From Candidatus Avelusimicrobium pullarium (GTDB lineage Bacteria; Elusimicrobiota; Elusimicrobia; Elusimicrobiales; Elusimicrobiaceae): DNA of 64,000 nt. The translations under genes and the position numbers were made by a program. The stretch spans positions 484,863-548,862 of the forward strand of contig CALUTQ010000001.1 in the NCBI GenBank assembly GCA_944323745.1, given 5' to 3'. The notes below the pieces were generated by a model that did no database searches, was not told the DNA's origin, and was given only the letters and a program-made list of their open reading frames with translations. Shown here piece after piece: positions 57,039 to 64,000 of the stretch; the stretch's first letter is position 1, and each line of letters opens with the position of its first letter.

Positions 57039-58643
57039 TTAACGAAAGAAGATTTCTTCCTGTTCCCGCCAGTTTGGCGTATGTATAGATAGTAAATGTT
57101 TGAGGGTACAATCTGCAGGCTGCTTGCCTATTAATATGGCCCGTATGATTTTTGGCGATAAAAAACTTAGTGCAAGGATTCGCCGTACATATTGTTCGGA
57201 TACTTTCTCCCTTTCGGATACCTCTTTGAACGTTCTTCCAGTTAATATATCTTGGTGCCATTTGTAGGCTTGTGCCAAAATCTTGATAAGGTTCGTTTCT
57301 TTATGGGGAGTGGGTTTAATCACCTCTCCTACTAGCACTTTAGCCCCATTGTCTATAACGCCAATATGATAATTTTCTGTATAGGAACATCCCTTGCTAG
57401 ATTGTAATAAACGCATTTCCCTGTTTTCATAGAGTGCGTTTAACAGTTCCGTTACTTGTTCTTCGTGTATAGTGATTTTGATGTGTCTTTGGGATATATC
57501 CACCCGCTTGATAAGGGATTGTTCTATGTTTCGGGTGATTGTATAGGAAGTAAGTCTATTTATAATTCCCTTCTGTTTCGCAATATCAAAACCTTTAAGA
57601 TAGGGATATATTTTGGCCTTATCCCGTATAAACTGGGCGAACCAGTTATCTATAAATTCTTCCAGTTTGGGTAAGGATATCTTACTTATTTGCCCTATTT
57701 TACTAGGTTCCTTCTTAATAACCGCTTGGCTGACATAATAGCGGTATTTCTTCCCCTGGCTCCCCGTACTCCAACTGGGGCTCATTATGTTGCCTTTATC
57801 ATCATATAACTTCCCTGCCAAAAGGCTTTTACTGGAGTTATAATGCTGCCGGTTGATACGGTTGCTGTTCATAACCGCTTGGGCTTGGTTAAATAGTCCT
57901 ATTGGGATTATGCCTTGGTGTTCCCCCTGGTACCATATACCCTTATGCCCTACCTGCCCTATATAGGCTTTATTACGTAAGATACAGTTTAAGTTCCCAA
58001 CAGATATAGGGTGGCCTTGTTTATTTAACCACTCTTTTACAAGTGTGGTACTTTTGAGTTCAACATACTTTTTGAATATACTATTAACAAGTTTTACTTT
58101 TTCTTCATCCGGATATATCTTTTTATCTTTGCGGTAATACCCGAGTGGCGGTTTGCCGCCCATCCACATACCTTTTTTCTTGCTAGCGGCGATTTTATCC
58201 CTTATACGCTCCCCGGTTACTTCCCGCTCAAATTGGGCAAATGATAATAACATATTGAGTGTTAACCGCCCCATACTGGTAGTGGTATTAAAATGCTGTG
58301 TGATAGATACAAAAGACGCGTTATGTTTATCCAATACCTCTACAATTTTGCTAAAGTCCATTAAACTGCGGGTTAATCGGTCTATTTTATATACCACAAT
58401 TATATCTATAAGCCCAGCCTTGATATCCGATAATAATTGCTGTAAAGCAGGTCTGTTTAATGTACCGCCAGAGTATCCGCCATCATCATAATGGGTAGGT
58501 AATAACTGCCAAATTTCGTGCTTTTGACTTTTTATATAGGCTTCGCACGCCTCCCGCTGGGCCTGCAAACTGTTAAATTCAAGTTCTAGGCCTTCCTCAC
58601 TGGACTTGCGTGTATAGATGGCACACCGTATTTTAGTTTTCAT
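57039..58643 (-). CDS. large serine recombinase (resolvase/invertase N-domain + recombinase + zinc-ribbon region)
   Basis: 534 aa. N-terminal CAIYTRKSS (catalytic Ser context), DGGYSGGTLNRPALQ, VVYKIDRLTRS. Confidence 0.85.
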   Translation of the reverse strand: MKTKIRCAIYTRKSSEEGLELEFNSLQAQREACEAYIKSQKHEIWQLLPTHYDDGGYSGGTLNRPALQQLLSDIKAGLIDIIVVYKIDRLTRSLMDFSKIVEVLDKHNASFVSITQHFNTTTSMGRLTLNMLLSFAQFEREVTGERIRDKIAASKKKGMWMGGKPPLGYYRKDKKIYPDEEKVKLVNSIFKKYVELKSTTLVKEWLNKQGHPISVGNLNCILRNKAYIGQVGHKGIWYQGEHQGIIPIGLFNQAQAVMNSNRINRQHYNSSKSLLAGKLYDDKGNIMSPSWSTGSQGKKYRYYVSQAVIKKEPSKIGQISKISLPKLEEFIDNWFAQFIRDKAKIYPYLKGFDIAKQKGIINRLTSYTITRNIEQSLIKRVDISQRHIKITIHEEQVTELLNALYENREMRLLQSSKGCSYTENYHIGVIDNGAKVLVGEVIKPTPHKETNLIKILAQAYKWHQDILTGRTFKEVSEREKVSEQYVRRILALSFLSPKIIRAILIGKQPADCTLKHLLSIHTPNWREQEEIFFR

Positions 58644-59019
58644 TTTTCACCCCAAAGAATACTTTGCCGTTCCAACTTTTACCTGTTATCTCCTTGGCAA
58701 TCCCCGATAGGCTTTTGTATTGTTTGCCGTTGTATAAGTAGCCATTAGAGATAACTTCTACTGTATGGATAACTCCCTTATAAGAACGCGTGATTTTAGA
58801 GCCGGCTTCCAAGATAACAGTGTTTTTATTAGCCGACATAGAAGCCTGTTTAACCTCATTAAAAAAGCCAAGGGAAGAAATCTTCTCCCGCTTGGCTTGT
58901 TCATACCAAATTAGATATTTAATGATTAGGCTGCGACGAATTGGCGGTATCGACCGGTTGATTACTTCTGTCCATTTGGCACGCAACTGCTGAACAGTAC
59001 AATGTGTATAGTCAGTCAT
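58633..59019 (-). CDS. DUF2924-family protein (common partner of large serine recombinases)
   Basis: C-terminal GKQYKSLSGIAKEITGKSWNGKVFFG and LRAKW...IKYLIWYEQ patterns. 11-nt overlap with the recombinase start. The start is M7 (59019) or 59037. Confidence 0.6.
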   Translation of the reverse strand: MTDYTHCTVQQLRAKWTEVINRSIPPIRRSLIIKYLIWYEQAKREKISSLGFFNEVKQASMSANKNTVILEAGSKITRSYKGVIHTVEVISNGYLYNGKQYKSLSGIAKEITGKSWNGKVFFGVKNEN

Positions 59020-59123
59020 ATCCCCTCCTATACACATTACGGCTTACTAGGGCCTAGAAGTCAAGTACAACAACATAAAAGACATATAAGTTCGATTCCT
59101 GTTGAGCGCACTTTTCAAAATAT

Positions 59124-59155
59124 ACCCGTTCTCCATCGAGAGCGGGTTTTTTCTT
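59124..59155 (+). terminator. intrinsic-terminator-like hairpin inside the island
   Basis: ACCCGTTCTC-CATC-GAGAGCGGGT followed by T6. On the reverse strand it is followed by the weaker ATATTTTG. The transcript it terminates is unknown. Confidence 0.55.
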
Positions 59156-59162
59156 ATACTCC

Positions 59163-59460
59163 CTCGTCGACACTTTTTGAGCAAAATGAGCAAAATTACG
59201 CAAATCTTGTATATTCTTAGTGGACCCTCTATGGTGTACAGTAAATGCTAGTTTTCTTTGTGTTTCTCGTCGACAAAATCTAAATTATATACACTTTTTC
59301 CGCAAACTATATCCGCACAACCTAAATTTCCGAAAATTTTTGTCATACTATAATTATTACTTCTCGTCGAGGAAGTCCAAAAACTACTAAAACTTCTTCG
59401 CAAAACTATGAATATACTGGGCACAGTTTGGACACTATAACCGCGTGGTTTTTTCGGTTA
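59163..59460 (+). repeat. three degenerate ~100-bp direct repeats with a bipartite core (CTCGTCGA ... CGCAAA)
   Basis: CTCGTCGA at 59163, 59266 and 59363. CGCAAA(A)(T)CT at 59199, 59301 and 59399, a fixed 35-36-nt offset. Periods are 103 and 97 nt. No ORF. Confidence 0.6.
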
Positions 59461-59616
59461 CTGGTTTGCCATTTCTTGGGCTTTTATTATGCCTTGTGCG
59501 CTTTTTGGGCACAATAACATAAGGGAGAAATGTGTTATTCGGAGAGGATATACAAAGAGAAATGATATGTTATACAATTTGATAGTAATACATGTAGTGA
59601 CCACAAAATATTTAAT

Positions 59617-60423
59617 ATGAAATTTGCATTGGTTAATAATGAAAGATGCGAGCCAACACCTAAAGCAAAAGGAATTTGTCCTGTTTGTAATGAGGTGGTT
59701 ATTGCCAAATGTGGAAAATTAAAAGCTCATCATTGGGCTCACAAAATAAAGCAAAATTGTAGAAATGATAGATGGGAAACCGAAGGCGAGTGGCATAGAA
59801 ATTGGAAAAATAGGTTTCCCATAGAATGCCAAGAGAAAATTATCCTTATCAATGGCGAGAAAAATATAGCAGATGTCCAGACTGACAAAGGACTTGTTAT
59901 AGAATTTCAACATTCTCATTTGACCCCTGAAGAACAAAAAGCTAGGGAAAATGCTTATAAGGACATGATATGGGTTGTGGATGGAACAAGATTAACATAC
60001 GACTTTCCACGATTCCAAAAAAACATAAAACATAATTCCGTATTGTTCTTGAAAATTAGGAAAAATATAAAATTATTCTGTGTATATTTTTGTGATGAAG
60101 TATTCCCTAAAAATTGGACGAATTGTACTGTCCCGGTAGTTTTTGATTTTCTCGGTCTTGAAGATGAAGAAAAAGCCAACGTTTTTCAAAGATACTTATA
60201 TTTTTTATTACCACGAACTAAAGTTAAAGAAAGTGATACCTCTACTTTCCTACTATACCTTCCTAGAAAAGACTTTCTCCCTCTAATTAATAGTGATTGG
60301 GAGTCATTTTACACCGAACTAATATCAAGTATTATCAAAATACAAAAAGCAAAGAGAGAAAATGCACCTCAACCAGTTGTTTATTATGGCTATAGACGTA
60401 GACTCAGAAGGAGCATCTTTTAA
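59617..60423 (+). CDS. CoiA-like nuclease family protein (N-terminal half); C-terminal half uncharacterised
   Basis: CPVCNEVV...KAHHWAHK zinc-finger-like segment, EGEWHRNWK, NIADVQT...VIEFQHS (PD-(D/E)XK-like core, as in competence protein CoiA). AT-rich. No obvious RBS. Confidence 0.55.
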   Translation: MKFALVNNERCEPTPKAKGICPVCNEVVIAKCGKLKAHHWAHKIKQNCRNDRWETEGEWHRNWKNRFPIECQEKIILINGEKNIADVQTDKGLVIEFQHSHLTPEEQKARENAYKDMIWVVDGTRLTYDFPRFQKNIKHNSVLFLKIRKNIKLFCVYFCDEVFPKNWTNCTVPVVFDFLGLEDEEKANVFQRYLYFLLPRTKVKESDTSTFLLYLPRKDFLPLINSDWESFYTELISSIIKIQKAKRENAPQPVVYYGYRRRLRRSIF

Positions 60424-60444
60424 AGCTTGAAGGCGCGGATTGAT

Positions 60445-63042
60445 CTAAGATATGGTTTCCATATCGGCATTGAATTCTTGCATGCGAACTTCTTTATTAA
60501 AGAAGTGAAAGCCCCATATTTTATAATTATTATCATCAACGAAAGTAGTCACTGGCACAGCTTTCGACTTAAGTTCCAATAGAAAATTTTCCTTCCATTT
60601 GTCATTTTCAATTAAATGACTTCCTTTGGGCTCTATAAAAATTTGTAATTGTTCATATCCTTCCTGCTTTTTTGAATGCAAGAAAAGAACATAATCGGGC
60701 TCGAAACGTTCTCCGGCTTCAAACGAGTAAATGTGAAGTTGCCGCTCGTTCCGAATTAAATATACCTTGTCGTATCTCTTTCGCAATTGCGGCACATAGC
60801 CCTTAAAATAAGCAACGAATGCCTTCTCTTCGTTGGTACCAAAATTATCTTCAAACACATACCAATTTTCTCGTGAAAGATCTATTCTCCAAGCTGTTTG
60901 AACGGTGTTGTCATTCTGAGAAAATCCAAGACCACCGTCATGTACAATAGTATAATTGCACCGTTTATTCTTAAAAACCTTGGAAATATGTTCGGACCTA
61001 AATTCTTTTGTTCCCTCGTAGATTTCTTCTATTTCAGAAATGCTATCTGCAATTTTGCCAACTACATTTACGCAGGCAGCAAATAGAATTTCAATGGATG
61101 GCTTTTCATGTGGAGACACTATTTCTATACGGACAGCCCCCATATAATTACTGTCCTCGATAAATTCACGGGTTGATTTTAGATTCGGGAAATAGCTACG
61201 AAGAATATTAAATTTCAATACATTATACTTACAAACAGCTTTATGCACGATATTGTAGTTGATTCTTGCGATGTCACCAATAGTAGTACGGTAGGTATAA
61301 GTATCGACCGTATGTTCCATGTTTTCAGGTGCACCAAAAATCGTATCTTCTCCTGAGCTACCAGTCGCAAAACGAACTGAGTACACATGCTCACGTACCG
61401 ATGGAAGAAGCCCTGTGACATCATTCCTCCCTTTTAGAACACGAGTGTTTGTAAAAACGAGGCCTTCACGATATAGCAAATCCTTTTTAAAATCTTCCTT
61501 CAATACATATTCGCGCACGACAACATTTTCTATATCAACCCCGATTTCGCGAAGTGCATTATTTAATTCACCAATATAACGGCTATCATTCTGACAGTGA
61601 TAATACAATTCCTCACAAATGCGAAGATCATTGTCAATATCGGCATCATATTTTCGTTTATACTTTTCTTGTTCGGGATCTACTTGGAATGGGCAGTATC
61701 TTGCACCACGTCCAATTAGCTGGGCTTCGGAAACCGTCGCTGGCGAAATCTTTTTACCACCTGACTGACGAGTTTCGTAAAGGCGCACTATATCAAATAG
61801 ATTTAGGACATCCCAACCTTCATCAAGTTTATTGACTTCAAAGATGGCACGATAAGGATTGTTTGAATCTTCAAGGTGATTAAGTGCTAATTGCCGCGTT
61901 TCAGCTTCTTTTTCATCGTTTGCTGAAATACAATGCTCCGCACTGAAATCATCACGCAATTCCTGTGCCAATTGATCGTAGGAAATGCCATTTTTTTCAA
62001 AGTAGATATACGCTTCTTTCAATGTATTATTATCAGTCAATTTAGAAATACGGCGAAGCTCATCCCCGCTCAGATTGCAGACTGTTTCGATAAACTGTGC
62101 CATAAAAGCTTTACTATCGGCTATCCTATGGGATTTAAACAATACAACAGGTTTTATAAAAATACGATGATCTTGGAAAACTTTCAACCGATACTGACTG
62201 AGCATAATAGCCTGTATCGCCCTCTCCATAATAGACACATCTGTGCGGAGTGTTTTAATCTCTTTTGAGTATCCATCGGCTCTGAATTTAGAAAGTGGAT
62301 AATCGTAAACAATTTTACTCTCGTATTCAGCTCTAATCTGTGGATTTTTTATATCACAAGTTGCCGTAAATTCCATCAGAACATTGTCCTTGTTCGTTTC
62401 AAAAATACGACGAACTGTTTGTTCCCAGCTATGATAACTTTCCTGTTCCTCTTTATTCTTTTCGAGTGTTTTTGTATCCACATTCAAGTGATGTGCTTCA
62501 TCTGAAATAAGGACAATTTTTTGTCCGTTAAAATCGTCGAAGGAGATAGAATTTTCTTTGGCAGCCCACATGTCCGAATGGAGTCCTTGTATGGTCGTAA
62601 AACAGATATTGATGGCACTTTCATCAACATACTGAAAATTGGTAACTTCCTTGATGGGGATACGTTCACCATTAATCCGGATTTCATTGGCAAATAAATA
62701 TTTTTGCGAAAGCGGATTTAAAAAATTCTCTTTCGTTTTTTTAACAATGTTTGAGAGATTAACGAAGAATAGAAATTTGCGGTACCCTTTCTGATAGAGA
62801 TATAACATTAACCCTGCCATAATCATCGTTTTTCCGGAACCAGTTGCCATGTGAAAAAGTGTTTGCGTTGGCTTCTTACACATTTTAGTGTTTTCAAAAT
62901 ATGTAATGAAATTCTCAAACGCTGCGATTTGATATGGGCGGAGCGTAAATATTGGATTCACATTTTCTTGTATATATGCCGGTATTTCTGCAAACGCACC
63001 ATACTCTCGTAGCGTATCAAGTTGTTCGTAAAGAAACGGCAT
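60445..63042 (-). CDS. res: type III restriction endonuclease, Res subunit
   Basis: 865 aa. SF2 helicase motifs MATGSGKT and SDEAHH. C-terminal PD...EPK endonuclease motif (EPDYVLF...IFIEPKG). 3 nt downstream of mod. Confidence 0.8.
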   Translation of the reverse strand: MPFLYEQLDTLREYGAFAEIPAYIQENVNPIFTLRPYQIAAFENFITYFENTKMCKKPTQTLFHMATGSGKTMIMAGLMLYLYQKGYRKFLFFVNLSNIVKKTKENFLNPLSQKYLFANEIRINGERIPIKEVTNFQYVDESAINICFTTIQGLHSDMWAAKENSISFDDFNGQKIVLISDEAHHLNVDTKTLEKNKEEQESYHSWEQTVRRIFETNKDNVLMEFTATCDIKNPQIRAEYESKIVYDYPLSKFRADGYSKEIKTLRTDVSIMERAIQAIMLSQYRLKVFQDHRIFIKPVVLFKSHRIADSKAFMAQFIETVCNLSGDELRRISKLTDNNTLKEAYIYFEKNGISYDQLAQELRDDFSAEHCISANDEKEAETRQLALNHLEDSNNPYRAIFEVNKLDEGWDVLNLFDIVRLYETRQSGGKKISPATVSEAQLIGRGARYCPFQVDPEQEKYKRKYDADIDNDLRICEELYYHCQNDSRYIGELNNALREIGVDIENVVVREYVLKEDFKKDLLYREGLVFTNTRVLKGRNDVTGLLPSVREHVYSVRFATGSSGEDTIFGAPENMEHTVDTYTYRTTIGDIARINYNIVHKAVCKYNVLKFNILRSYFPNLKSTREFIEDSNYMGAVRIEIVSPHEKPSIEILFAACVNVVGKIADSISEIEEIYEGTKEFRSEHISKVFKNKRCNYTIVHDGGLGFSQNDNTVQTAWRIDLSRENWYVFEDNFGTNEEKAFVAYFKGYVPQLRKRYDKVYLIRNERQLHIYSFEAGERFEPDYVLFLHSKKQEGYEQLQIFIEPKGSHLIENDKWKENFLLELKSKAVPVTTFVDDNNYKIWGFHFFNKEVRMQEFNADMETIS

Positions 63043-63045
63043 TAT

Positions 63046-64000
63046 TTATTCCTCCCCATAAAAGCTTCTTGTAAATACCTTGTCTTGATCAGACACATCG
63101 AATGTTTTATCATCAATATCACAATAATTGATATATAACTGATTTAGATCAAGTAATTCCATTAGTAAACATTTTTTGTTTTTAAACGATAAATTCTTAA
63201 AATCAACCGCTTTGAGATCAATAGCCTTTGGATCAATCTTGCTACTAATGAATCCAGTCGCCTGCATTTCGCTCCATAGAGAAACAAGAGAGTCTTCATC
63301 TGATGCATCTTGAATACGATCGACATATTTCTGGTTCAGTTTAGCGAGCTCACAGTAAATAAAAGAATCTGTTTGATTCATCACTTTCTGAATACGCGGA
63401 ACAGTAACTGTTTCGATGTAATCCATTTGTTCACACAAAATAAACTGTCTATTTCCATCATCCGCCTTATTTAATTCAAGAACCGCATGAGCTGTTGTCC
63501 CACTTCCTGCAAAAAAATCCAATACGATGTCACCAGTACTAGAAACCGTCAACATATTAACGATATCTTTTACCGTATGAATCGATTTTGGGTAACTGAA
63601 TAGTTTTTCACCATCAAATATTTTTTTTAGAAGGATTGTTCCGTTGGCCGAAGCATCATATTTTGAATCATTCCAAATAGTTTTTGGTTTGCGGCCTTCT
63701 TTTATTCGATCTTTTAGTTGAACAGTATATTTCCCATCTTTTTCGGAGATAACAAAATTATTATTTTGGGCTCCGAGAAGAATAGCCTTTCTGTCCGACC
63801 ATCGCCAAACTCTTCTTTTTCCATAAATATCTACAGGCAAAATGGTAATTACAGATTTATTATTTGCGAAGAATAATTCTGGAGAAATTTTTTGTATGTC
63901 GTTATTATTGTTTAAAAAGAGGATATCTTTGGGTTTATATGCGTGAGTGTGATCACCGATACGTTCTCCTCCAACGGCAATAATATTTTTAGCTTTTGTC
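63046..64000 (-). CDS. mod: type III DNA methyltransferase, Mod subunit (C-terminal part; 5' end lies beyond the window)
   Basis: SAM motif I DFFAGSGTTAHAV near the C-terminus (beta-class order). My translation shows the frame stays open from 63840 to 64000, so the track M at 63840 is an internal TTG. Confidence 0.75.
   Translation of the reverse strand, partial: TKAKNIIAVGGERIGDHTHAYKPKDILFLNNNNDIQKISPELFFANNKSVITILPVDIYGKRRVWRWSDRKAILLGAQNNNFVISEKDGKYTVQLKDRIKEGRKPKTIWNDSKYDASANGTILLKKIFDGEKLFSYPKSIHTVKDIVNMLTVSSTGDIVLDFFAGSGTTAHAVLELNKADDGNRQFILCEQMDYIETVTVPRIQKVMNQTDSFIYCELAKLNQKYVDRIQDASDEDSLVSLWSEMQATGFISSKIDPKAIDLKAVDFKNLSFKNKKCLLMELLDLNQLYINYCDIDDKTFDVSDQDKVFTRSFYGEE

Larger units (their letters stand above)
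56951..64000. mobile_element. integrated element / genomic island next to tRNA-Ser (left end only; continues beyond the window)
   Basis: Abrupt drop in GC. Spot counts: 17/60 G+C at 60481-60540 against 39/60 at 33001-33060. Large serine recombinase plus DUF2924 at the tRNA-proximal end. Cargo is a CoiA-like nuclease and a type III R-M. Confidence 0.7.

Noticed and set aside
59090-59110. GTTCGATTCC followed by TGTTGAGCGCA, resembling a tRNA T-loop/3' end (a possible att-site tRNA fragment).
   Set aside because: The flanking bases do not form a T-stem (ATAAG against CCTGT). There is no acceptor complement, and it does not match the 3' end of the adjacent tRNA-Ser.
59002-59220. A 72-aa plus-strand ORF in the island intergenic region.
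   Set aside because: It overlaps the DUF2924 start on the opposite strand, runs straight through the terminator hairpin, and has no RBS or recognisable motif.
59163-59460. Type III toxin-antitoxin (ToxI-like RNA repeats upstream of a toxin gene) as an explanation for the island repeats.
   Set aside because: ToxI-type repeats are short (~36 nt), nearly identical and directly followed by a terminator and a ToxN-family gene. Here the units are ~100 nt and degenerate, and the downstream gene is CoiA-like. The idea is kept only as a remote possibility in the finding.
1-64000. CRISPR arrays, IS elements or transposase genes, rRNA genes, reverse transcriptase or retron, and prophage structural genes.
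   Set aside because: None seen. There are no regularly spaced short repeats and no transposase- or RT-like ORFs. The only recombinase is the serine recombinase at 57039-58643.

Overview
This is a densely coding 64-kb chromosomal window from a diderm (Gram-negative-type) bacterium, with about 57 CDS and 2 tRNAs. All product calls come from motif recognition by eye. No BLAST, HMM or folding program was run, and coordinates of non-coding features were hand-indexed.

Taxonomy cannot be verified here. Several pilin-like paralogs of the GFTLIELLVVVLIIGILAA type, a Na+-translocating oxaloacetate decarboxylase and tdh-kbl are reminiscent of Elusimicrobia/PVC-like genomes.

Backbone (1 to about 56.9 kb, GC-rich; one 60-nt line counted at 65% GC):
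- tdh-kbl.
- A ZnuABC-like metal importer.
- nth.
- A birA-oadGAB operon.
- mfd, two parvulin/SurA-like chaperones and pdxA.
- PBP1A.
- A soluble HisKA_3 kinase with a NarL-type regulator.
- rsmD and a stand-alone Cas4-like nuclease.
- A matrixin-like secreted protease.
- thrC, an EamA transporter, uppP, sixA.
- addB-addA, ybaB, an aldo/keto reductase, an SPL-like radical SAM protein, a TlpA-like protein.
- tRNA-Leu(CAA).
- A PfkB kinase, then a cluster of SurA_N protein, bactofilin, M23 peptidase and amidase.
- Nif3 and an M20 hydrolase.
- A short-leader pilin plus prepilin peptidase.
- rdgB and two secreted PepT-like paralogs.
- valS, an EptA-like transferase, a beta-barrel outer-membrane protein, and tRNA-Ser(GGA).

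Most unusual unannotated signal: a near-identical ~60-nt element precedes three divergent pilin-like paralogs. It contains a T12 run and a 17-bp perfect inverted repeat that puts the start codon in the loop. It is conserved at nucleotide level even where the reading frame differs. One of these cassettes is flanked by a 23-nt direct repeat that copies the 3' end of pilD.

Accessory region: the last ~7 kb, from just after the tRNA-Ser terminator to the window edge, is sharply AT-richer (one 60-nt line counted at 28% GC). It looks like an integrated element carrying:
- DUF2924 plus a large serine recombinase.
- A 580-bp ORF-free region with three ~100-bp degenerate direct repeats.
- An orphan CoiA-like nuclease gene.
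- A type III R-M system, with mod truncated by the window end.
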